A DNA stretch of 64,000 nucleotides, taken from positions 6,615 through 70,614 of the forward strand of contig JANWIY010000015.1 in the NCBI GenBank assembly GCA_025449645.1, given 5' to 3'. Of this stretch, positions 48,240-57,219 are shown in pieces. Under the pieces are notes generated by a model. The model did not search any database, was not told the origin of the DNA, and worked only from the letters and a program-made list of their open reading frames with translations. How positions within the stretch are numbered: position 1 is the stretch's first letter; every line of letters starts with the position of its first letter. Both the position numbers and the translations under genes were made by a program. Origin of the DNA: Chitinophagaceae bacterium (lineage in GTDB: Bacteria > Bacteroidota > Bacteroidia > Chitinophagales > Chitinophagaceae).

Positions 48240-49394
48240 CTAGGTTACCACCGCTACTTCCCGGTTCATCAGGATATGATATAAACGAATGGTGAGGGCA
48301 TGAAAAAGCATTTTCGCATGAGCATTACGTTCAATATAATATATGGCATTGTTTATTTCTTCGACAATTGCCAGCTGACAGCTTATATCTGCTGTCTTGT
48401 TGAGACGCAATGCAAAATCCCGTTCGTTAGGCGGCAATCCATCAGCACGTTCCCCGTTCATCCGGAAACGGACCGCCTGTTCCAGGAGATGGCTAAAATA
48501 CTGCAGGAATTGTTTTTGCCGCTCCCTTCCCTGTTTGCTGATATCTTCAATCCATTTCACCTGGGCGATCGGTCCGGTTTTCATTATTCCATTCAGCCAA
48601 TCCCTGAGCAGGCCCTGCCAGTCATCAGGTTCTTCCTGTAATAATTTTAATGCTTCATGATAATTCTGCTGACTTACGGCCGCGAGTTTCCTGGCCTGGG
48701 CAGCTGGAATCTGCCCCTTTTCAATCAGAGCCTGTTCAATCTCCTGAATATCCGGTTTTGGCAATCGGATAATCTGTAATCGGGAGAGTATCGTAGGAAG
48801 CATGAGGGACTCATTCTGAGCTACCAAAATAAAAAGCGTGTCGGGAGGAGGTTCTTCAATCAGCTTCAATAATCTATTTCCCTCATTCCCGAGATATTCC
48901 GGCATCCATATTATCTGAATCTTGTAGCCGCCCTCAAAACTTTTCAAGCTGAGCTTTCTGGTAATATCATTGCATTCATTCGCGCTGATATTTCCCTGTT
49001 TATTTTCCGCCTGAATAAACTGGAGCCAGTCATACAAATTCCCATAAGGGTGAAGGGAAATGAATTCGCGCCATTCCGAAATGAAATCAACACTCAGTGG
49101 TTTGTCACCTGGCTTCCGGGGAAATACAGGGTAAGCATAATGAATATCCGGATGAATGAGCTGTGCCGCCTTTATGCAGGAAGCACAAACACCACAGCTT
49201 TCAGCCGGAAGTACTTGTGCACTGAACCGTACCTGATCGCATACCAGGTATTGGGAGAATGCAAGGGCGAGGGGAAGGCCGCCTGTTCCTTCGGATCCGC
49301 TTAATAAAATAGCATGACTCAGGCGGCCGGTTTGCACCATGAATCTCAGCTTGCTCTTGATCACTTCCAGACCGATCACCTGTTTGAAAAACAT
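48240..49394 (-). CDS. holB: DNA polymerase III subunit delta'
   Basis: HAILL.G, CG.C.SC, HPD, N.LLK.IEEPP, LPTILSR. Confidence 0.9.
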   Translation of the reverse strand: MFFKQVIGLEVIKSKLRFMVQTGRLSHAILLSGSEGTGGLPLALAFSQYLVCDQVRFSAQVLPAESCGVCASCIKAAQLIHPDIHYAYPVFPRKPGDKPLSVDFISEWREFISLHPYGNLYDWLQFIQAENKQGNISANECNDITRKLSLKSFEGGYKIQIIWMPEYLGNEGNRLLKLIEEPPPDTLFILVAQNESLMLPTILSRLQIIRLPKPDIQEIEQALIEKGQIPAAQARKLAAVSQQNYHEALKLLQEEPDDWQGLLRDWLNGIMKTGPIAQVKWIEDISKQGRERQKQFLQYFSHLLEQAVRFRMNGERADGLPPNERDFALRLNKTADISCQLAIVEEINNAIYYIERNAHAKMLFHALTIRLYHILMNREVAVVT

Positions 49395-49412
49395 TCCGGA
49401 ATATAGCGGAAT

Positions 49413-49928
49413 TTAATTGAGATACTTCGTTATTTCTTCACTCATGGGTGTAACCTTGCTTGGAAATACGGCAATCAGCTTACCATTTTCGTCAAGCAGG
49501 AATTTGGTGAAATTCCATTTGATAACGGGAGATTCCACACCCAGGGCGTTTGCTTGTTCTGTAAGGTATTTGAACACCGGACTTATATTATCACCCACAA
49601 CATCCACCTTGGCAGCCATGGGGAATGTGACACCATAATTTTTCTTGCAAAATTCCTTGATCTCAGAGTTGGTACCTGGTTCCTGGGCCCCGAAGTTATT
49701 TGCAGGGAATCCAACGATCACGAGTTTGTCTTTGTATGTTTCATATAATTTTTCCAGATCAGCATACTGTGGAGTAAATCCGCATTTAGATGCCGTATTT
49801 ACGATCAGCAGTTTTTTCCCCTTGTAAGAAGACAAATCAATGGTACCTCCGTCGAGCGCAGGAACTTTAAAGTCATACACACTCATGTTCAGGAACAGGA
49901 AGAGTGGAATGAGTAATAAGCGTAGCAT
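49413..49928 (-). CDS. Glutathione peroxidase family (Cys type), exported
   Basis: VNTASKCGFTPQY, GFPAN.FG.QEPG, KWNFTKFL; start 49928 or TTG 49964. Confidence 0.92.
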   Translation of the reverse strand: MLRLLLIPLFLFLNMSVYDFKVPALDGGTIDLSSYKGKKLLIVNTASKCGFTPQYADLEKLYETYKDKLVIVGFPANNFGAQEPGTNSEIKEFCKKNYGVTFPMAAKVDVVGDNISPVFKYLTEQANALGVESPVIKWNFTKFLLDENGKLIAVFPSKVTPMSEEITKYLN

Positions 49929-50002
49929 AAAATTTTTATTTAATAATAGGAAGAATAATTTCAAGAGGAACCTATCAAAGGTAAGTCAAATCAAGGTCGA
50001 AC

Positions 50003-51394
50003 TTACTGCCGCTCGTAACATCCCAGGTCTTGTTTACCGGGAATTCTTGGGTTTCCATCCAGATCAACCCCTATTCCCAGATCTTTACCCATTCCCAATC
50101 CGGGTGATCCGGCCTGAAGATGGAAATCATAGAGCCGGTCCTGATTGTCAGTTTTTACAAATTTGGGATCCATATTAAGTAACAAAGAAATGCTGTCGAT
50201 ATGATCCGGATAATTCTGTTGTTGCAGGATACCATGATCAAAGACCACTTGGAAAACGGTATTTCCCTGTTGAGAAATCTGGGCTTCATCGGTAACTGCG
50301 CTGTCCCCCCAGAAAATGCAATTGGTAAAACTGGCCTGCAGATCGCTGAGCAGTACTTGATTTCCAACCTCACCTGCATTTGATACACTTAACACCGGTT
50401 GCTGATGCTGAAGAACAGGATTTGAATAAGATGCCGCTGTGCAATGGGTAAAATGATAGGTACCACCCAGGGCAATACCTATGTTATTTCCGCAGTTGCT
50501 GATCAGGCAATTGACGGCATCGATGCTTGTTTGTATACCCAGGATTCCGGTTTCCAGGGAATTGTCAATAACGCATTGGTCTAATTGGAGTTTTGGCGAT
50601 GCGTTTATCGAAGGGCCCTCTGCAACAATGGTTTGATCAGCATTGCGCAGGATGGCATATTGCAAAACATTATTAGCACTTGCTTGCCTGAAATAAATAC
50701 CAGGCCATGAGCCGGGAAAGGACGCATAAGGCTCATCGAGCCTGTCATCATTAAAATAAACGCGCTGACTATCGGCGGCTTCGCCCAAAACCAGCAGCGT
50801 ACCATCCACGAGCATTGGTGCGTCTGCATGAAAGAAAATCCTGCACCCGGCCTGAATAGTCAGCGTTGCATTGCTGTCGACCTGAAGGACTCCGGAAATA
50901 ACATAAGGAAGGTCATCGCTCCAACTCACGTTACCCTGGATGACTGCGTTGTTGAGAAAATGGGCATTTTGTCCCCATGCACTCAGCCGGACAAATTGCT
51001 CCATGCCATTATAACGGATTCGGATACTGTCCTGCAAAATAAAAGCCTGTGGTTTGTTGTTGGGATTTATAAAAACAGAAATGAAAAGGTAAAGACTGTC
51101 ATTCGCGTCCAGAGTGAGGTTCATGGCAGAAGGCCCCGGTGAGCCGTTGATATTCAAAATAAAGGCTGAGTTTTTCCCGCCCATCAGGGTGATATCGGAA
51201 ATCAATAATTTCTGGCCATTATTGTTAAGTACCCTCACTTGTTTGGTCACGGATCCTGTTGTAGCAAAAAGGGTGTCGAAAGAAACAGAATCTGATGAAA
51301 GAATGAGAAAGGCATTGCCGCTGATATAACTATCTTTTTTGCAGGATATCAGGAACGATCCAACACAAATCCATAAGACCAGCAACTTACACAT
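50003..51394 (-). CDS. Lipoprotein with Ig-like N-terminus and right-handed beta-helix region
   Basis: Lipobox LISC; DSVSFDT, W.GI.F, NC.I repeats, DP.F...DFHL..SP and D.G.PR..D.GCYE; start 51394 follows TAATTTTG. Confidence 0.75.
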   Translation of the reverse strand: MCKLLVLWICVGSFLISCKKDSYISGNAFLILSSDSVSFDTLFATTGSVTKQVRVLNNNGQKLLISDITLMGGKNSAFILNINGSPGPSAMNLTLDANDSLYLFISVFINPNNKPQAFILQDSIRIRYNGMEQFVRLSAWGQNAHFLNNAVIQGNVSWSDDLPYVISGVLQVDSNATLTIQAGCRIFFHADAPMLVDGTLLVLGEAADSQRVYFNDDRLDEPYASFPGSWPGIYFRQASANNVLQYAILRNADQTIVAEGPSINASPKLQLDQCVIDNSLETGILGIQTSIDAVNCLISNCGNNIGIALGGTYHFTHCTAASYSNPVLQHQQPVLSVSNAGEVGNQVLLSDLQASFTNCIFWGDSAVTDEAQISQQGNTVFQVVFDHGILQQQNYPDHIDSISLLLNMDPKFVKTDNQDRLYDFHLQAGSPGLGMGKDLGIGVDLDGNPRIPGKQDLGCYERQ

Positions 51395-51441
51395 GTTGCT
51401 CAAAATTAGCAACATCAGCACGATTGTCAAAGCCTGATAAA

Positions 51442-52173
51442 TTATGAGGATACGCTGTGTGCGAGTGTGGCTATGCTAAGCGTGACTCCTTCTATCCGGA
51501 GCAGGACCCGGGCGCAGGCTTCAAGAGTTGCTCCGGTGGTGACTACGTCATCTACCAGCAAAATGTGTTTGCCGCATATAAGGTCCTTTCTTTTGACTCT
51601 GAATTTATCTTCCATATTCTGCCAGCGCTGAATCCTGTTTTTATGAGTTTGGGTTGCAGTTCCTTTTATGCGCTCCAGACAATTTGCAAATTGCGGGATA
51701 TTCATTGCTGCCGAAATGGATTCTCCCAGAATCGCTGCCTGGTTATATCCCCGTTTTTTTTCCCGGGAAGTATATAATGGCAAGGGCAGGACCAGTTGGC
51801 AATCCTGAAAGCGTCCGCTGTTTTTAAGCGCGTGGCCCATGCAACTTCCAAAATAGGATCCGATCTCTTTTCTTCCCTTATATTTAAACCAGTGGAGACT
51901 TTGCTGAACAATTGATTTTTTTGTGAAATATAAATGCGCGGAAGCAGCTTGAATTTCGGCGCGGCCCCAAAAAATTTTTTCCACCGGGTTTCCGGCACAA
52001 AATTCAAATCCGGTAAATGGCATGGAGCCCATGCAATAAATACAAAATATTTTATTTTCTTCCACCAGATCGGTGCCGCAGCCGCAGCAGACATGCGGGA
52101 AAAAAAGATGGGCGAGTGCGGGTAATAAGGAAATGCCGGGATTCATAAAAAGCCGGGCACTCATTCGGCCCAA
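51442..52173 (-). CDS. ComF family (zinc ribbon + PRTase)
   Basis: FP..C..C, C..C, KY.G, RGYNQ, LLVDDVVTTGATL. Confidence 0.9.
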   Translation of the reverse strand: MGRMSARLFMNPGISLLPALAHLFFPHVCCGCGTDLVEENKIFCIYCMGSMPFTGFEFCAGNPVEKIFWGRAEIQAASAHLYFTKKSIVQQSLHWFKYKGRKEIGSYFGSCMGHALKNSGRFQDCQLVLPLPLYTSREKKRGYNQAAILGESISAAMNIPQFANCLERIKGTATQTHKNRIQRWQNMEDKFRVKRKDLICGKHILLVDDVVTTGATLEACARVLLRIEGVTLSIATLAHSVSS

Positions 52174-53568
52174 TTAAAATAAATGTTTATACACCTCTTC
52201 CACTTTTCCCATCATCAATACTTCAATTTGATGTGGTTGATTTTTTAATCCTTTCTGATTATACCTGGATACCAGGATCTTGTTGAATCCGAGTTTCTCT
52301 GCCTCTGCAATCCGCTGGCCGATTCTGTTTACTGCGCGGATCTCTCCGCTCAGGCCAACTTCACCTGCGAAACAGGTATCGTTTGCCAGCGGAACATCTT
52401 CGAAAGAACTTAAGAGGGCGCAGAGAACAGCCAGGTCAATGGAAGGATCCTCCACTTTGAGTCCGCCTGCAATATTCAAAAAAACATCCTTTACGCCAAA
52501 GTGAAATCCCCCTCTTTTTTCCAGAACCGCCAATAATAATTGCAGTCTTCTAAGATCAAATCCGGTGACTGTCCGTTGGGGAGTTCCATACACTGCAGGT
52601 GTTACGAGCGCCTGCACTTCTATCAATAAAGGTCTTTGACCCTCAATACTGGCCGCGATTGCAGTCCCGCTGAGATGATCTTCTTTTTGTGTAATGAGAA
52701 TCTCGCTGGGATTATTTACTTCCTGCATGCCCTGATCCGTCATTTCATAAATTCCCAATTCTGCCGTGCTCCCAAACCTGTTTTTCAATGTTCGTAAAAT
52801 CCGGTATGTATAATGGAGGTCACCCTCAAATTGCAACACGGTGTCTACCATATGTTCCAATATTTTTGGTCCTGCAATATTTCCATCTTTGGTAATATGA
52901 CCGATCAGAAAAACCGGCGTGCCGGTCTCTTTTGCGAAGCGCTGAAATTCTGCAGCGCATTCCCTTATCTGAGAAACACTCCCCGGAGTTGATTCAATAT
53001 AAGATGACTGGAGGGTTTGAATGGAATCCACGATCACCAACTGGGGCTTTAATTTTTTTATCTCCTGAAAAATCGTTTGAGTAGAGGTTTCGGTGAGCAG
53101 GTAAAAATTATCCGGATTATTCATCAGTCGCTGGTCCTTTATCTTCAACCTGTCGGCGCGCATCCGGATCTGTTGTTCACTTTCTTCCCCGCTGATATAT
53201 AATGTCAGGATTTCTTTTAACATTAAACCGATCTGCAGGAACAAAGTACTTTTACCAATTCCGGGTTCTCCGGCAACAAGCACAAGACTGCCTGCAACAA
53301 TGCCTCCTCCAAGCACCCGATTTAATTCAGCATCCTGAGTAACGATCCTTTTTTCCTCAGCACTGAGCACATCATGAATAGAAATGGTTTTGATTTCTTT
53401 TTTTTGGGGAGTATAATTTTTCCAGCCGGATTCGCCCAATCTTTCATCTTTGGTGATCACTTCTTCAATAAAAGTGTTCCATTGTTCGCAGGATGGACAT
53501 TTACCCAGCCATTTTGCACTCTCGTATCCGCAATTACTGCAAAAAAAAGCAGTTTTAATTTTGCTCAT
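52174..53568 (-). CDS. radA: DNA repair protein RadA/Sms
   Basis: C..CG....W.G.CP.C..WNT, GEPGIGKST, KNRFG, GEVGLSGE.R. Confidence 0.97.
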   Translation of the reverse strand: MSKIKTAFFCSNCGYESAKWLGKCPSCEQWNTFIEEVITKDERLGESGWKNYTPQKKEIKTISIHDVLSAEEKRIVTQDAELNRVLGGGIVAGSLVLVAGEPGIGKSTLFLQIGLMLKEILTLYISGEESEQQIRMRADRLKIKDQRLMNNPDNFYLLTETSTQTIFQEIKKLKPQLVIVDSIQTLQSSYIESTPGSVSQIRECAAEFQRFAKETGTPVFLIGHITKDGNIAGPKILEHMVDTVLQFEGDLHYTYRILRTLKNRFGSTAELGIYEMTDQGMQEVNNPSEILITQKEDHLSGTAIAASIEGQRPLLIEVQALVTPAVYGTPQRTVTGFDLRRLQLLLAVLEKRGGFHFGVKDVFLNIAGGLKVEDPSIDLAVLCALLSSFEDVPLANDTCFAGEVGLSGEIRAVNRIGQRIAEAEKLGFNKILVSRYNQKGLKNQPHQIEVLMMGKVEEVYKHLF

Positions 53569-53594
53569 CCGCTAAAGGTAGTGGCTCAAATCCC

Positions 53595-53635
53595 AAAAAG
53601 TAAAAAGGCCAGCTACCAGAGCTGACCTTTTACTT
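53595..53635 (-). terminator. Intrinsic terminator on minus strand upstream of radA
   Basis: Minus strand AAGTAAAAGGTCAGCT-CTGGT-AGCTGGCCTTTTTACTTTTT. Confidence 0.8.
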
Positions 53636-53679
53636 ACTAACCCATTAAATTCTTCCACTAAATTACAAAATCAGGTCAC
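53595..53679 (-). ncRNA. Candidate small RNA or attenuator (~85 nt)
   Basis: TAATTTTG promoter element at 53684-53691, strong terminator at 53595-53635, only ATG-TGA and ATG-GGT-TAG micro-ORFs; radA has its own promoter-like element downstream. Confidence 0.5.
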
Positions 53680-53968
53680 ATAACAAAATTAATTTTTGTT
53701 CCTGTGAATAACTTTAAACCACCGGCAAGCCAGTTCTTTCAGCATTTAGACGACTCATAAACGGCTGTCAACTAGGTATTTACACTTAATATTTGAATCG
53801 GGCTCCATGGGTAATTGATTGAAAATTAAGCCATGGATATGACCGGAAATTCTTGTTTTGCTGCGAAAAAAGAATATTCTTCCGAAAACTTCATATTAGA
53901 TTTTTTTTAATATAAAAACCAGGAATCCGGGGAGTAAAAACAAGCTTGGAGCCTGTCAGGATGAATGA

Positions 53969-55525
53969 TCAGAGCTTGATTTCCTCCTCCTGTTTATCGA
54001 AGAAATGGAATTCAGTCATGTGGTAGTTAGTATTTGCCTTGATCTGGACCTGCTGCTTATATTTCCAGCGCCATTTCGATCTCTTGCTGAAGAAAAAGCC
54101 GCCCTTGGTTAAATAGGCGTGCATGATGGGGTGAACGGTCAGGATCAGGTCCTTATGCTGGTGATTCAGCAGGTAGCTCAGGTTTTTCTCAATTTCATCC
54201 TCCAGGATCAGGGCCGAGGAAATTTTGCCCGTGCCATTGCAGGTTGGACATATTTCCTGGGTATTAATCGTGATCTGCGGTTTCATCCGCTGCCGGGTAA
54301 TCTGCATCAATCCGAATTTGGAGATTGGGAGAACTGCGTGTTTGGCGCGGTCGGTACGCATGAAGGATTCCATGGCCTCGACCAGTTTCCTTTTGTTATC
54401 GGGGAATTTCATATCAATAAAATCAGCCACGATAATTCCGCCCAAATCCCGCAGGCGCAGCTGACGTGCGATCTCCTCCGCCGCTTCCAGATTGGTTTCA
54501 AGGGCATTTTGCTCCTGGTTATTGCTGACGCTCTTATAGCCGCTGTTCACATCGATCACATGCAGGGCTTCCGTATGCTCAACAATAAGGTAAGCACCGC
54601 TGGGAAGGTTGACAGTTTTCCCAAAAGCGGCTTTCACCTGCTTGGTGATTCCGAAATGGTCAAATATCGGAGAACCGTTATTGTAGAAGGCGACGATATC
54701 AATTTTATCAGCCGCAATCCTTTGAATATAGGTGCGGGTATCGTTATAGAGATTGCGGTCGTTAACCACGATCTTGTTGAAATCTTCGTTGAGGAGATCC
54801 CTGAGCATGCTGGTGGTCTTGGTCTGCTCGCTGAGAATCTTGGCCGGAGCAACGGCTCCTTTCAGGTTATGCTGGATCAGCCTCCAGGTAGCAACCAGAT
54901 CGGTAAGATCCTCATGTAACTCAGCCGTGTTTTTTCCTTCCGCCGCTGTACGTACGATGACGCCAAAATTCTTTGGCTTGATGGCTTCCACAATTTTCTG
55001 AAGCCTCTTTCTTTCGTCTGATGAATGAATTTTTCGGGAAACCGCGACGATATCATTGAATGGGGTAATCACCACGAAACGGCCGGGCAGTGAAATTTCA
55101 CAACTCAGGCGAGGGCCTTTGGCTGCAATAGGTTCTTTTAGAATCTGCACCAGCACGTTCGGCTTGCCGCTCAGCACCTCGTTAATCTTCCCGGTTTTTA
55201 CAATCTCCGGTTCAACAGCAAACGAACCAAAATCAAACCCGTTTTCGTGGGTATTATCCTGAATGCTTTGCTGGGTGAATTTGAGCAGGGAACGTGCGTA
55301 AGGGCTGAGATCGGTATAGTGAAGAAAAGCATCTTTTTCAAATCCCACGTCAACAAAAGCAGCGTTCAGTCCGGGGATGAGTTTTTTTACCTTACCAAGA
55401 TATAAATCACCTACTGCAAAACTGGCATCAGCTTTTTCATGGTGCAATTCTACCAGCTTTTTATCTTCCAGCAGGGCTATTTCCACTCCCTGGGGGGCTG
55501 CATTTATGATCAGTTCCTTATTCAA
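53969..55525 (-). CDS. Ribonuclease E/G family
   Basis: AAFVD.G, S1 domain, KEP...KGPRL, RTAA, IDVNSG, QLRLRDLGGII..DFIDM, CP.C.GTG; TTG start. Confidence 0.95.
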   Translation of the reverse strand: MNKELIINAAPQGVEIALLEDKKLVELHHEKADASFAVGDLYLGKVKKLIPGLNAAFVDVGFEKDAFLHYTDLSPYARSLLKFTQQSIQDNTHENGFDFGSFAVEPEIVKTGKINEVLSGKPNVLVQILKEPIAAKGPRLSCEISLPGRFVVITPFNDIVAVSRKIHSSDERKRLQKIVEAIKPKNFGVIVRTAAEGKNTAELHEDLTDLVATWRLIQHNLKGAVAPAKILSEQTKTTSMLRDLLNEDFNKIVVNDRNLYNDTRTYIQRIAADKIDIVAFYNNGSPIFDHFGITKQVKAAFGKTVNLPSGAYLIVEHTEALHVIDVNSGYKSVSNNQEQNALETNLEAAEEIARQLRLRDLGGIIVADFIDMKFPDNKRKLVEAMESFMRTDRAKHAVLPISKFGLMQITRQRMKPQITINTQEICPTCNGTGKISSALILEDEIEKNLSYLLNHQHKDLILTVHPIMHAYLTKGGFFFSKRSKWRWKYKQQVQIKANTNYHMTEFHFFDKQEEEIKL

Positions 55526-55660
55526 TGTTTACGTAACATTTACTTCTTAACCTGTACATCACTAAAAAGGAATCCAAATGCTGAAGAGGATTTAATTAAG
55601 CGCCAATATGGATGCATGTAAGCATTTATGTAGCGTAAGTAAATAAATTGATTCAGCTGG

Positions 55661-55687
55661 AAAAATAGACCGGTAGGGCATCCGGTC
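55661..55687 (-). terminator. Probable terminator hairpin after the bS22-like gene
   Basis: GACCGG-N8-CCGGTC followed by TATTTTT on the minus strand. Confidence 0.5.
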
Positions 55688-55697
55688 CGGAGTGCGT

Positions 55698-55793
55698 TTA
55701 TTTATTTTTTTTCTTATGACGATTCTTACGCAATCTTTTCTTTCTTTTATGGGTCGCAATTTTATGTCGCTTCCTTTTTTTACCACAAGGCAT
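55698..55793 (-). CDS. 30S ribosomal protein bS22 (mS38/COX24-like), 31 aa, missing from the ORF track
   Basis: Manual translation MPCGKKRKRHKIATHKRKKRLRKNRHKKKNK*. Confidence 0.85.
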   Translation of the reverse strand: MPCGKKRKRHKIATHKRKKRLRKNRHKKKNK

Positions 55794-55845
55794 TGATGAA
55801 TGCTTTTTTAGTGAACTAATATTTTTTCTCCGCTCTCCGGAGCGT

Positions 55846-56700
55846 TTATTTTAATGACTCCAGTCTTTCGTTGATCGCATTGACCAGGTCAGGATTATTC
55901 GAAATCTTCTTTGCGGCGGTATACCACTTTCTTGCGGAAGCCTTGTCGCCAGTTCTTTCATAGGCTTCGGCCAAACTCAGGATGGCTTCGAGGTTTTCAG
56001 GATCATAGTGAACTACTTTCATCAGGCGCAGGATCGCTTTATCGTATTGCCCGGATTCCATTCCTCCGAGGCCCAGAATCAATTGTGCATACATGTTCAG
56101 CGAATCCCTTTTGGCCACAGCCAGGATTTGCTGAATTCCTTTCATCACATCCGCCGGCTCCTGCCCGTTACTACCGAAAATATAAGTAGCACCGAGTCCG
56201 ATTATCGTTGAATCATTGGCAGGATCCAGCTTTTCTGCTCTTTCAAAGAGGTCCCGGCTTTGATTTGCCATCCAGCTTTTCAATACAGAATTATCCTGCG
56301 CCCGCAGGTTGCTCAAAAATAATTGGGCTGCAAAAGTGAGACTTTTTTCAGAATTTTCCAATTTTGCTGCCTCTGCGAGATAATAGGCCGAAGGTAGAAG
56401 CGCATTTTGGACGGAATCCTTCCAGAAATCCGACAGTTGATGATAAGCCGCTATCTGCTGATTTTTCACGTCTCCCCTGACAACCGAATTTTCAAGCCGG
56501 TTCACATGGGCGAGTTGTGATGGACTTAGTTTGGACTTGCTTTCTTCCAGGATTGCCTTGATATCAAGCGTTTTAGCGGTATTCGCCGAACCGCTTGGTG
56601 TCTCCGGTTTTTTAAGAGAAGGAACTGTATTTCCAAAAAAATAAAAAACAACCAGGATCAGTATTCCACATCCGGCAACGATAAATTGTTCTTTCTTCAC
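55846..56700 (-). CDS. Membrane-anchored TPR protein
   Basis: N-terminal TM segment; TPR-like repeats (M.GI, LG....SGQYDKA..R, P.N.EA...LAEAY); GTG start. Confidence 0.8.
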   Translation of the reverse strand: MKKEQFIVAGCGILILVVFYFFGNTVPSLKKPETPSGSANTAKTLDIKAILEESKSKLSPSQLAHVNRLENSVVRGDVKNQQIAAYHQLSDFWKDSVQNALLPSAYYLAEAAKLENSEKSLTFAAQLFLSNLRAQDNSVLKSWMANQSRDLFERAEKLDPANDSTIIGLGATYIFGSNGQEPADVMKGIQQILAVAKRDSLNMYAQLILGLGGMESGQYDKAILRLMKVVHYDPENLEAILSLAEAYERTGDKASARKWYTAAKKISNNPDLVNAINERLESLK

Positions 56701-56722
56701 ATGAGGACTTTATCCGGCGAAA

Positions 56723-57043
56723 TTACATCTCTTCATCAGGGTTTGGCTGATTATCCTTAATGGCCTGCAATTTTTTCACCTCGGCAACAAATTCTTTTGC
56801 CGGTTTAAAAGAAGGGATGTAATGCTCGGGAATATGAACCGCAATATTCTTTTTTATATTGCGCCCAATTTTAGCTGCCCGTTTTTTGGTAATAAAACTT
56901 CCGAATCCACGTATATAAATGTTTTCTCCCTTGGAGAGCGTTTCTTTAACCTCTTTAAACATAGTTTCCAGCGTAACCAGAACGTCTACCTTAGGTATCC
57001 CTGTTTTATCCGAAATTTGATTAACGAGGTCTGCCTTTCTCAT
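56723..57043 (-). CDS. HU/IHF family DNA-binding protein
   Basis: M.KADLV..I, IRGFGSF, R..K.GRN, P.FKP.K. Confidence 0.94.
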   Translation of the reverse strand: MRKADLVNQISDKTGIPKVDVLVTLETMFKEVKETLSKGENIYIRGFGSFITKKRAAKIGRNIKKNIAVHIPEHYIPSFKPAKEFVAEVKKLQAIKDNQPNPDEEM

Positions 57044-57219
57044 GGCTCAATTGTTTTATAAGTTTCTGATTTTAAATATATAACAAAAAAATTAATCCAC
57101 AACCAATTTCTCGGCAACAAGTTTTTTTTAAAATTGCTGCTTGTAATCCCCTGCTTTTCAATAAATTATAAATAGTTGATAATCAGCAATCTAAGAAATA
57201 TAAATCCTTTTTTTCCGAT

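Noticed and set aside
48240-49394. Degenerate Walker A (GSEGTGG) as a pseudo-enzyme novelty
   Set aside because: Delta' is normally ATPase-inactive.
49413-49928. Selenocysteine in glutathione peroxidase (also checked MsrB)
   Set aside because: Catalytic positions are Cys codons; no in-frame TGA.
54119-54919. 266-aa antisense ORF
   Set aside because: Shadow of the RNase E/G gene, explained by codon bias.
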